DNA of 64,000 nt. Origin: an uncultured Oligoflexia bacterium (GTDB taxonomy: Bacteria; Bdellovibrionota; UBA1018; CAYHWW01). The translations under genes were made by a program, and so were the position numbers. Each line of letters starts with the position of its first letter. Position 1 is the first letter of the stretch. The DNA is taken from positions 5,686 through 69,685 of the forward strand of contig CAYYYP010000014.1 in NCBI GenBank assembly GCA_964475985.1, read 5' to 3'. The notes under the pieces were generated by a model. The model was given only the letters and a program-made list of their open reading frames with translations. It made no database searches and had not been told where the DNA came from. This document shows, in pieces, positions 22,309 through 31,161 of this stretch.

Positions 22309-23503
22309 CTTCCACGATCACGTCCATGGCCCCTTTGAGAGATCTCATGACTTTTTGCAGTTTTTCCTGCATTTCCGCAGTTTTTTGTTTTTCTTTATCA
22401 TTTTGGTCCATGAGGACGTCGTAATTGAACTCCAGTACATCAATGCGACGTTTGAGTTCAAGAATCTTGGATTCACGGGAAGTGATGAGGGTTTCACTGT
22501 CCTTCTTGAGAATTTCAAGTTTGTTCTCAAGTTCACGTTCCCGCATCCGGATCTTACGGATGTCGCTGCGCACGCGTTCCCTGAGTCGATCATATTGAGT
22601 CGCGGAAGCTTCTAGCTGCTCTTCCAAAAATTTCACGCGTTCGGTCTTTGATTTCAGGTCAAATTTAAGCTGTTCAATCTCGGCTTCAGAGTTTTTTCCG
22701 GCGTGGGCAACTTCTCTTTCCAGTCCCTCTATTTTTCGATTCTTGTCTTCGAGTTGATGCTGAAAGTCTTCGCTTTGTTGGGAAAAATTCCTAATACTTT
22801 GTTGGTGTTTCGCAAGCTCCGCCTTCATATGCGTTAGCTGCGCGCTTAGGACCGCGACGTCTTGCTCACGAATGGAAAGCGTCTTCTTAAGAACCTCAAG
22901 TTCATCTGTATTCTGCGAGGAAAACTGGGGGATTACCGGGGTAGCGATAACTTCTTGCTCAAATCGCACGGCTGCTGGTGCATCGTTTGACGTAGAAAAA
23001 AGGTAAGGCAAATCTGCCTCGGATTGGGGGTCGGCCCCTTGCTCAGCTTGGAACTCTATTTCGTTTTGTGGAGGCATGGCCGATTCCAGGGAAACTTCCG
23101 TTAGCACGGGCAATGCATCCTGAGCTTCTACTGCGGTCCCCTCGCCCGATTCGTGTGATTCGCCTTCCACTACTGGTTCCATCATTTCAATTTCAATTTC
23201 CTGGGGCGGGGAAATGGCTTCTTGCGCTTTGGAAGGTGTAACCAACGCAGTATAGGTGCCGGCCCGCTGACTCGTGGTCAAAGTAATTTCAGGGAAAAAA
23301 ACCGGAATCGTCATTTCCCGAGTGCCCGCCATCACGCGCTCATCCTTACCCAGCGTAAAACTTACGGTTTCCTCAAGCGCAACATCAAAAATGTTTACGG
23401 TTGTATCGGTCTTAGGAGAAAATTTTGGCGGCCGTGAAAAGAGTCCCATCATCTGATGCTTCGGTGATGCGCGGAGAAAAATTAAACGCTCTAGTTGAAT
23501 CAT
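22274..23503 (-). CDS. coiled-coil protein with N-terminal beta-rich domain and acidic/Pro-rich linker
   Basis: C-terminal ~200 aa strongly heptad-like (LEVLKKTLSIREQDVAVLSAQLTHMKAELAKHQQ...). Stop overlaps the GGDEF gene start by 35 nt (translational coupling). Confidence 0.45.
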   Translation of the reverse strand: MIQLERLIFLRASPKHQMMGLFSRPPKFSPKTDTTVNIFDVALEETVSFTLGKDERVMAGTREMTIPVFFPEITLTTSQRAGTYTALVTPSKAQEAISPPQEIEIEMMEPVVEGESHESGEGTAVEAQDALPVLTEVSLESAMPPQNEIEFQAEQGADPQSEADLPYLFSTSNDAPAAVRFEQEVIATPVIPQFSSQNTDELEVLKKTLSIREQDVAVLSAQLTHMKAELAKHQQSIRNFSQQSEDFQHQLEDKNRKIEGLEREVAHAGKNSEAEIEQLKFDLKSKTERVKFLEEQLEASATQYDRLRERVRSDIRKIRMRERELENKLEILKKDSETLITSRESKILELKRRIDVLEFNYDVLMDQNDKEKQKTAEMQEKLQKVMRSLKGAMDVIVEDAGAKDESRAA

Positions 23504-23545
23504 CTAAAGTTACGCAGGTTTTGCCGGGTACATTCTGCCGAGGAC

Positions 23546-24340
23546 TTATACCAAGGCAGCTAAGGTAGCCGCCACAACGGCAGCCGTCTCGACGCGAAGG
23601 ATCCTGGCTCCCAGGGATAGCGACCGAAAGCCTAAGCGCTTAAGATCTTCCTCCTCCTCCGCACTGAATCCACCCTCGGGTCCTACGGCCAAGTGAATTG
23701 GCTCCTGCGACCCACTCGCATTTTTCCGCAGATCATTTAAGGACTGGGATAAATCACCTTCATCGCGCCCGAAGGAAGAGAAATAAAACTTAGGGCCTTT
23801 GAGCAAGCCGGCGGTGGTTTTCCAATCCTTCCAGGGTTGCGGAATTTGAATAGTGGGTAACCACGCTCCTTCACTTTGCTCCAAAGCCCCGCCCATAATG
23901 GATCGCCATCTTTCAATATATTTAGTTGAATCGGATGCCTTATGTTTTACCACGCTGCGGGAAGTAAATACCGGCGCAAGTGAATGGACGCCAATTTCGG
24001 TAAGCTTTTCAACGACGGCATCCATGGTGGGATTTTTCGCAAATCCTAAGTGCATGACTAATCGCGGAGCCGATTCCTTGGCCGAACGCTCAAGGCGTCC
24101 CAGAATTTTAACCATGCCTTGCCGGCCCGCGATTTTAAGTTCGGCATTAAAAACTTCGCCTCGTCCATTAGTTATTTTTAAACGGTCGCCATCCATAAGC
24201 CGCAGGACTTGGCATAAATGTTTTTGCTTTTCGAAAGGTAGCTCCAGCTCCGAGCCTACTTTTTCGAAGGCTACCTCACTGAGATAAATATACTTCAGTG
24301 ACTGGTGCCCATTTCTTGAAGTGGTGATTGGTCGATCCAT
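23546..24340 (-). CDS. rsmE: 16S rRNA (uracil1498-N3)-methyltransferase RsmE
   Basis: N-terminal PUA-like pattern (LKYIYLS...GDRLKITNGRGEVFNAEL) and C-terminal SPOUT motif LGARILRVETAAV. Start placed at the internal ATG at 24340, because the longer ORF overlaps the convergent upstream SBP gene; start uncertain. Confidence 0.65.
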   Translation of the reverse strand: MDRPITTSRNGHQSLKYIYLSEVAFEKVGSELELPFEKQKHLCQVLRLMDGDRLKITNGRGEVFNAELKIAGRQGMVKILGRLERSAKESAPRLVMHLGFAKNPTMDAVVEKLTEIGVHSLAPVFTSRSVVKHKASDSTKYIERWRSIMGGALEQSEGAWLPTIQIPQPWKDWKTTAGLLKGPKFYFSSFGRDEGDLSQSLNDLRKNASGSQEPIHLAVGPEGGFSAEEEEDLKRLGFRSLSLGARILRVETAAVVAATLAALV

Positions 24341-25860
24341 AAATCTTTGAAGGCAACATAGTCTCCGTTGGGGTAAATTGCACGAAGCTTCAAAGGCCGC
24401 CTTAGAATGTAAGTGTTGTTCCAACGCCAAAAAATGATGACTGGCAAATCACGCAAAAGGATCTCCTGGGCTTTGTGTAATAAGGGTAACCGTTTCTGTA
24501 ACGCGGAGTGACCCAGCGCCTGATCAATGGCCGCATCGTACTCAGAATTTCCATAACCAAATCGATTCATCTTTCCTATTTCGCGACTATGAAACGCCTT
24601 GGTGAGAATCGTGGGATCGGCGATTCCTACCCAACGACTCAACGTTAGTTCAAAACTCCCACGCTTCAAGTCCGCCAAAAGTTTGGCAAGCTCCATAGGA
24701 ATAACATTTAGCTTTATTCCAACCTTGGCAAGTTGTTGCGCGAGTATCAAACCCATCTCCCGATTTTCCTTGGAAGGAGAAATCTTTAAGGACAGTGGGA
24801 GTTTTCCGTCAACACACGACCCCACTTTGCAAAAATCAGAAATTACTTTTTGCGCTTCGGTTAGAGACAAAGAAGAAACCGTTTTCGGATTTTTTACATA
24901 ACCTTCGATATACGGCGAAAGTGGACTAGTTTCCAAGGTAGCGTACCGAAAATATTTATATTTCAGAATCCCGGGGATATCGATGGCGGCCGCCACCGCT
25001 TGGCGCAACTTTAAGTTTCTGAGTATGGGATTTTTCATATTGAACCCTAGATACTGAACACTCACCCCGGGCGCATCCACCGCCGAAAATTGCGAAAAAG
25101 GAAATTCATGATCCGCAATTCCGCGCCGAAACATCTCGGTCTTAGAGATGCCCAGGCTGCTTGCTGCGATATCGATGTCACCGTGAAGCAATGCCTGGTA
25201 CTTCGTAGTGTCATCTTTGATATACCTAAACCGTAACTTTTTCACTTCATGAGGCTGCGAATTGTCGACCCGTTCTAAGGTCAAAACACCTTGGGATCCA
25301 AACGTGCCCACATCAAAACTTTGAATTTTAAAACGGCCGCTGCCAACAAATGCACCGTTGGTTTTTTTAAAAACCTTCATGAAATACAAATCTTGTAAAA
25401 AATAGGGGGAGACCACCGAAGTTCGGATAATCACGGACCGTGGCCCTTCTACTTTGACGGTAAAGGCTGGTACATTTTTGTTCTGGTAAGCCGTTAGGGA
25501 AGCCATGACATCACTGGCCATAAGTGGCGATCCATCATGGAAACGCAAACCGGCTTTAAGCTTAAATGAAAATTCCCGGTCTCCGCGACTGCGAATATCT
25601 TCGGCAAGATCGGGTCGTATTTTTAAATGAGCATCTCGAAGCACCAGGGAAGAAAAAACTAGGTTCAAAACCCGCTGGGAAACTGCATCTGTCGCATTCA
25701 CGGGATCAAAGCTCAGAATGGGCGAATCAATGAGAATGGTGATGGGACGAGGTGACGCTAGATCCATTGCGAATCCCGACGGCAAGACTTGCCTGGCAAG
25801 CAACAGCAAAATTAGCGCTAAACATCCTGATTTTAATGCCGCTTGAATTCTATGGCTCAA
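24295..25860 (-). CDS. ABC transporter substrate-binding protein, family 5 (peptide/nickel type), orphan
   Basis: Signal peptide, about 520 aa, SBP_bac_5-like composition. No cognate permease or ATPase genes nearby. Confidence 0.6.
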   Translation of the reverse strand: MSHRIQAALKSGCLALILLLLARQVLPSGFAMDLASPRPITILIDSPILSFDPVNATDAVSQRVLNLVFSSLVLRDAHLKIRPDLAEDIRSRGDREFSFKLKAGLRFHDGSPLMASDVMASLTAYQNKNVPAFTVKVEGPRSVIIRTSVVSPYFLQDLYFMKVFKKTNGAFVGSGRFKIQSFDVGTFGSQGVLTLERVDNSQPHEVKKLRFRYIKDDTTKYQALLHGDIDIAASSLGISKTEMFRRGIADHEFPFSQFSAVDAPGVSVQYLGFNMKNPILRNLKLRQAVAAAIDIPGILKYKYFRYATLETSPLSPYIEGYVKNPKTVSSLSLTEAQKVISDFCKVGSCVDGKLPLSLKISPSKENREMGLILAQQLAKVGIKLNVIPMELAKLLADLKRGSFELTLSRWVGIADPTILTKAFHSREIGKMNRFGYGNSEYDAAIDQALGHSALQKRLPLLHKAQEILLRDLPVIIFWRWNNTYILRRPLKLRAIYPNGDYVAFKDLWIDQSPLQEMGTSH

Positions 25861-25905
25861 CTAACGCTCCCCGATTTCCGAGAAACCTCTTGAGGAGATC
25901 TCTTT

Positions 25906-27123
25906 TTGTTTTGGTTAAGGCGTACCCTATATTCGGGCGGAGTCCTTCTTTTTGCCTTCATGGCACTTTTTAGTGAAGCCCGCAACGCTTGGTGCACGGA
26001 TGAATTCCCGGTGCCGGAGGGATTGAGTGCGCGCGTGGATTTTTGGAAAAAAATCTACTCCGAGGTCACCTCCGATGAGGGGTTTCTGCACGATACGCAG
26101 TACGTTCATCTGATCTACAAAAAGCTGAGTTTCACTGACTTAGCGCCCCTCAAAAAAAGGGGGGGTTACGCCAAGGCCGTCACGGACCGTGTCACGGCCG
26201 AGCGGCTCAAAATCACGCTCTTGCTCAAAGAAATTTCCCACGCGCTGGAAAAACGTTTACCCATGGGTGCTGAGGCCCATGCCTTCTGGGACAAAATTTT
26301 AGCCCAACTCTCGGCAGAGGACTTAAGCAAAATCAAGTTTCAAAACCTTACGCTTCACAAACGTATCCGATTCCAGGGCGGTTTGCGGGATCACTTTCTT
26401 GAAGCCCTAAAGACTTCCGGAAAATACATTGGGGAAATGGAAAAAATCTTCAAGGCGGAAGGGGTGCCCGAGGACCTCACCCGAATTCCATTCGTAGAAT
26501 CGTCATTTCAGAATTCAGCCAGATCAAAGGTAGGCGCCGTAGGCCTTTGGCAATTCATGCCGGCGACGGGGAAACTTTACCTTCGCATTGATGAAGTACT
26601 CGATGAGAGACGCGACCCTTACGTGGCTACCCGCGCAGCTGCAAGGCTGCTCAAAGCCAACTATGAACTTTTGAACAGCTGGCCGCTTGCAGTGACCGCA
26701 TATAATCACGGCGGCCTCGGCATGAAACGCGCCGTTAAAAAAGTCCGTTCAAAAGAAATCGCAGAAATTATTCGGCATTACGAATCTCCGACATTTGGTT
26801 TTGCTTCCGCCAACTTTTACGCGGAATTTCTCGCTGCACTTTATGTCGAACGAAATTCCGAGTCCATTTTTGGATCACGCTACCAGCTACCTCCACTCAA
26901 GGAAGGCATTGATTTCAAAATCATGAAAACCGCCAAAAATGTGCCGGTTTTTTTGAAGGATTTCCTAAAAAATCTAAGCGCCATAGTAGGCCTTGCCGAC
27001 CGGGAATTTCATAAACGCCTGATTGAGCTCAATCCTGCGCTGTCGGACTCAGCCTTGAACAACAAAACGCACTTGCCCAAAGACTTTCCTTTGCGCTTGC
27101 CCGCCAGCGAAAAAAACAAATAG
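25906..27123 (+). CDS. lytic transglycosylase (SLT domain, MltD-like)
   Basis: Signal peptide. SLT catalytic motif ESSFQNSARSKVGAVGLWQFMPATG and AYNHG motif. Confidence 0.7.
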   Translation: MFWLRRTLYSGGVLLFAFMALFSEARNAWCTDEFPVPEGLSARVDFWKKIYSEVTSDEGFLHDTQYVHLIYKKLSFTDLAPLKKRGGYAKAVTDRVTAERLKITLLLKEISHALEKRLPMGAEAHAFWDKILAQLSAEDLSKIKFQNLTLHKRIRFQGGLRDHFLEALKTSGKYIGEMEKIFKAEGVPEDLTRIPFVESSFQNSARSKVGAVGLWQFMPATGKLYLRIDEVLDERRDPYVATRAAARLLKANYELLNSWPLAVTAYNHGGLGMKRAVKKVRSKEIAEIIRHYESPTFGFASANFYAEFLAALYVERNSESIFGSRYQLPPLKEGIDFKIMKTAKNVPVFLKDFLKNLSAIVGLADREFHKRLIELNPALSDSALNNKTHLPKDFPLRLPASEKNK

Positions 27124-27135
27124 GCATCCCAGGAA

Positions 27136-27762
27136 TTGTACGATAATTTCCGGGGAATGTTCATCATCGGCATCGCGGGTGGCTCAGGCTCCGGAAAATC
27201 CACCTTTGCCCAAAAGATAACCAGCCGCGTCAATGACTCTGACGTGATCCAGATTCCCCAAGACTGGTTTTACCGCGCATCCCAGCCCAAAAGCACCGAG
27301 ATCAACGGGAAACCTAATTTTGACCATCCCGATGCATTTGATTGGCCGCTGCTCCATGCCGTACTTTTGAAGCTCAAGGACGGGGAATCCGCCGACTGTC
27401 CGGTTTACGATTTTAAGACTGATTCACGCCTAACCAGGACCCAAACGGTCGGACCTGCAAAACTTATTCTCTTTGAAGGAATTTATGCCCTTTGGGATGA
27501 ACGCATCCGTGATTTGCTCAACCTTAAAATTTTTCTGCACGTCGATGCGGACATTCGATTCATCAGGCGACTTCACCGAGATGTGCGTGAACGTGGACGA
27601 AGCCTCGATAGCGTCATCAATCAGTATTATGATTCAGTGCGTCCCATGCACCGCCAGTATATTGAACCAACCCGGCAATTTGCCGACCTGCTCGTGGGTG
27701 AGGAAACCGATATCCCCGCTCAGGTCGTCGCTAGCCATATTTCCGCCATTTTAGGTGCTTAA
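27136..27762 (+). CDS. udk: uridine kinase
   Basis: P-loop IIGIAGGSGSGKST and Udk-like downstream motifs, 208 aa. Confidence 0.8.
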   Translation: MYDNFRGMFIIGIAGGSGSGKSTFAQKITSRVNDSDVIQIPQDWFYRASQPKSTEINGKPNFDHPDAFDWPLLHAVLLKLKDGESADCPVYDFKTDSRLTRTQTVGPAKLILFEGIYALWDERIRDLLNLKIFLHVDADIRFIRRLHRDVRERGRSLDSVINQYYDSVRPMHRQYIEPTRQFADLLVGEETDIPAQVVASHISAILGA

Positions 27763-29578
27763 ATATTCAATGAAGAAACCAAACAAAACTCATTCAACAA
27801 TACGTACTACGATTAAAGCCAAAGCTTTGGTCAAAGCAAAAAAGCCAGCGAAGGTGGCGTCAAGAACGACTCGTCGCACCTCGACTACGGTCAAGGCCCG
27901 GGCCACCTATGATCCGCACTCCTTCGTACGCATCGTTCCCATCGGTGGATTGGGAGAAATTGGCCTGAACTGCATGGTGATTGAATCCCGGCATGAAGCC
28001 ATCATTATCGATTGCGGAGTTATGTTCACGGACCTTCAGAATTTCGGTGTGGATTTTTACATTCCCGATTTTTCGTATCTGGAATCCATTCGCGAAAAAA
28101 TTAAGGGGTATGTGATCACCCATGCCCATGAAGATCACATCGGCGCGTTGCCCTATGCATTGCGGGTGGTGAATGCGCCAATTTATTGCACCGATTTCGC
28201 AAAACGCCTCATTGGTTCAAAGCTTGTGGAACATGAACTTTACGAGAGCACCACCTTCTCCATTTACAAACCTGGCGATCGCATTGCCTTCAAAGAGCTT
28301 AGCATCGAGCCAGTATGGGTGAATCATTCCATCATTGAAGCCACGGCACTGGTTATTGGTACGCCCCAGGGAAAAATCGTTCACACGGGCGATTTCAAAT
28401 TCGATGTGTCACCTTTTTATGGAAAGCCGCTGGATCCTAAACCATTTAGGGACGCAGGAAAACAGGGCGTACGCCTTTTGCTCAGCGATTCCACGAATGT
28501 GGAACGCGACGGTTGTTCTAAATCGGAAAAAACCCTGGTACCGCAGTTTGAGAAAATTTTAAAAGATGCAAAGGGGCTGACCTTAATTGCGGTCTTTGCT
28601 TCAAACGTTGCCCGCGTAGGCCAGATTCTAGAAATTGTGCGCAAACAAGGTAAAAAAATTGCGTTTCTAGGACGAAGCATGGAACAGAATTCTAGACTTG
28701 CCGCCGAGGCGGGGTACCTCAAGGGTCTAAACGAAGCGCTGATTCCCATGGAAGCGATTGCCGATTATCCACGCCACCAAGTTGTCGTCCTTTCCACCGG
28801 TAGCCAAGGTGAGTACCGATCAGGCCTTGCTCGAGTCAGTCAACGTGAACATCGCTTTATTAAGTTGCAGAAATTAGACACCGTAGTCATGTCGAGCAAA
28901 TTTATTCCAGGAAACGAAAAGGCCATCGGTATCATGATCAACAATCTGTTCCGCCAGGAAGCGGAGGTCATTTATGAGCCCATCGCCAATGTCCACGTTT
29001 CGGGCCACGCCACTTCGGAAGAATTGGCGCGCATGATTTCTTTCACTCAGCCTGAATTTTTTGTGCCGGTTCACGGCGAGTATCGGCATCTAGTGCGTCA
29101 CCGACAGTTGGCCATTGAGAATGGGATTGCGCCCAGCAACGCGTTGCTCAGCGTCAATGGCGATATTCTTGAACTCACTTCCGCAGGGCTTACCCGCATT
29201 GATCATTTTGAAGAAAAACGCACCATGATTGAAGGTGATTCGGGCACGCAGATCACTAAACTGACCCTTAAGGATCGCCGGAAAGTCGCCGAATCTGGCG
29301 TAGTTTTCGCCATTGTCGTAAGAAATATTTCTACCGGGAAATTGCTTCTAGATCCCGCCATCATTTCGCGCGGAGTTTTTGACTCTGAAGCCAATCCGCT
29401 CCTTCACGAGGAATCTAAGGAAGAAGTTTTGAAAATTGTGGAATACACTCTAGGTCGTATGCTGCGCCAGGAAAAGGCCATCGATCTTCAAGAGGAGGTC
29501 CGCGTTGGATTGCGACGTTTCTTTAACCAAAGACTTGGAAAAAAGCCCATCGTGCTTCCCCTCCTCATTGAAATTTAG
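27755..29578 (+). CDS. rnj: ribonuclease J (metallo-beta-lactamase/beta-CASP RNase)
   Basis: HAHEDHIGALPY (HxHxDH), beta-CASP region and C-terminal domain, 607 aa. Confidence 0.85.
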   Translation: MLKYSMKKPNKTHSTIRTTIKAKALVKAKKPAKVASRTTRRTSTTVKARATYDPHSFVRIVPIGGLGEIGLNCMVIESRHEAIIIDCGVMFTDLQNFGVDFYIPDFSYLESIREKIKGYVITHAHEDHIGALPYALRVVNAPIYCTDFAKRLIGSKLVEHELYESTTFSIYKPGDRIAFKELSIEPVWVNHSIIEATALVIGTPQGKIVHTGDFKFDVSPFYGKPLDPKPFRDAGKQGVRLLLSDSTNVERDGCSKSEKTLVPQFEKILKDAKGLTLIAVFASNVARVGQILEIVRKQGKKIAFLGRSMEQNSRLAAEAGYLKGLNEALIPMEAIADYPRHQVVVLSTGSQGEYRSGLARVSQREHRFIKLQKLDTVVMSSKFIPGNEKAIGIMINNLFRQEAEVIYEPIANVHVSGHATSEELARMISFTQPEFFVPVHGEYRHLVRHRQLAIENGIAPSNALLSVNGDILELTSAGLTRIDHFEEKRTMIEGDSGTQITKLTLKDRRKVAESGVVFAIVVRNISTGKLLLDPAIISRGVFDSEANPLLHEESKEEVLKIVEYTLGRMLRQEKAIDLQEEVRVGLRRFFNQRLGKKPIVLPLLIEI

Positions 29579-31154
29579 CGTTCTTGTCCTAGGCTTTATA
29601 GTTTCAGTCTTTACTCAATTCCATGATGTGCTTTGGGTGCCGGGCCTGCATTTTGATGAAGCGTGGCAAGGGCTTTACGCTCACCGCATTGCCTCAGAAA
29701 AGGGCTTTTGGCCCTTGGAAGCAATGAATGGTTATACCTCGCCCATAAGCCATTATATTTTAGCGGCCTTCTTTAAAGTGTTCAGGCCATCTCTAGAAGT
29801 GATGCGGCAAAGCATTGGCTTCATGAATCTTACAACTCTCATAATTTTTACGCTGCTTCTCTGGAAAGAAAGACACCGGACGGCCGCCGCGGTCTTTACT
29901 TGGCTATGGGCGCTTCTACCGCTTAGCGTACACAATCATCGTTTCTACATTGAGATGACAAGTTTTCTTGGTTTGTGTTTTGCGCTCAATGCCTGGGCCC
30001 TGGTAAGGGCAGCAAAAAAATACGTTCTAGACCGTAAAACGCTGGCGCTATTTTTAATCCCCATGATTTTAGGATTACTAAGCCACATTGGGTATCTTTC
30101 GGTGCTTCTCGCATTTGTGAGTTTTCTTTTCATAACCCAACAAGGCCTTCAAAAATTCTTACGCCCCTTGAGTTTGCTTTTCATTTTTGCCGCAGGCCTG
30201 CTTTTTAAAATGTCTTCCCAGCTGCAAAAAATTTCGCCGGCGATCCTAGGCACGGTTTTGTTAGGATTAAGTTTAGCGTTCATTTTTAGACCCGATAAAT
30301 TTTTAAAACAGCGCCCATGGGTGCTTCAAGGCGCGCTACTTAAAATTTCGGTGGCGAGCTGTTTTGTAATAAGTTTCTTTTATATCTTTTTTCTTTGGGA
30401 TGGATTTTGGCCCTATATGCAAGCTACGGGGCATTTGCCTAAGTTTTGGCTGCCCATAAATTCAGCTCTCCTTTTGAGCTGTCTTGGATGGCACATTAGT
30501 AGGAAACCAGGAACGGATTTGCTCCAAAAAGTTTTGCTCTTCACGTTTCTACAATTTCTTATGATGACGGTTCTGATTTTTAAACAGAGTCCTCGTTATT
30601 ATATGTTGACCACCATCTGCCTTATGATTTTCGTGAGCCTGGTAGCAGAAGAAATTTTAAGAACTAAGTATTTTAAGAGTGTCTTTGCCGCGTTCGCCAT
30701 TTTTTCCCTTTGGAATTTTTTCGCATTCGAAAATTTTTATCTGCAGCAATACCACTCGCAACCCGGAGACGACGGAGTAGTGAAATTTCTATTTTTCAGG
30801 GATTCCGGGCGCGATTTCCGGCCGTTTCAGAAAGTCTACCGATGGTTCGCCCGAAGCGGGTGTTTAACGGAACTAGATTCCATTGAGGATGATCGCTTTT
30901 TGCGGCCTTTTGAATTTTTAAACCTGGCTCCGAGCCATGCACTTCTGACGGAAGCCGTTAAGTTTGAAGAAGCCGCATTACCAAGGGCAGCTGAAAATTT
31001 CTCTCCGCACGCGCCGCCCGTTTGCCCGTGGACCAAAGGGCAAATGTATTTCTCTCATTACCCCTCAAATTCCGGCGTTGAACTTATCCCCGTTGTCCAG
31101 CATAAATCTTGGGGAGACCTTACGTTATTCACTAAAAACAAAGTCAGGAATTAA
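29568..31154 (+). CDS. GT-C fold glycosyltransferase, ArnT/PMT (GT39/GT83)-like, polytopic membrane protein
   Basis: First periplasmic loop DEAWQGLYAHRIA (the DE motif of ArnT/PMT) after an initial TM helix. About 12 predicted TM segments. Start uncertain: the listed ORF begins at 29505 inside RNase J; the TTG at 29568 is proposed. Confidence 0.5.
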   Translation: MKFSVLVLGFIVSVFTQFHDVLWVPGLHFDEAWQGLYAHRIASEKGFWPLEAMNGYTSPISHYILAAFFKVFRPSLEVMRQSIGFMNLTTLIIFTLLLWKERHRTAAAVFTWLWALLPLSVHNHRFYIEMTSFLGLCFALNAWALVRAAKKYVLDRKTLALFLIPMILGLLSHIGYLSVLLAFVSFLFITQQGLQKFLRPLSLLFIFAAGLLFKMSSQLQKISPAILGTVLLGLSLAFIFRPDKFLKQRPWVLQGALLKISVASCFVISFFYIFFLWDGFWPYMQATGHLPKFWLPINSALLLSCLGWHISRKPGTDLLQKVLLFTFLQFLMMTVLIFKQSPRYYMLTTICLMIFVSLVAEEILRTKYFKSVFAAFAIFSLWNFFAFENFYLQQYHSQPGDDGVVKFLFFRDSGRDFRPFQKVYRWFARSGCLTELDSIEDDRFLRPFEFLNLAPSHALLTEAVKFEEAALPRAAENFSPHAPPVCPWTKGQMYFSHYPSNSGVELIPVVQHKSWGDLTLFTKNKVRN

Positions 31155-31161
31155 ATCACCC

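Noticed and set aside
22274-23503. Possibility that the N-terminal domain of the coiled-coil protein is a PilZ c-di-GMP receptor.
   Set aside because: The RxxxR and (D/N)xSxxG motifs are not convincingly present (only RPPKF and VSFTLGKD). This is left as an unassigned domain.
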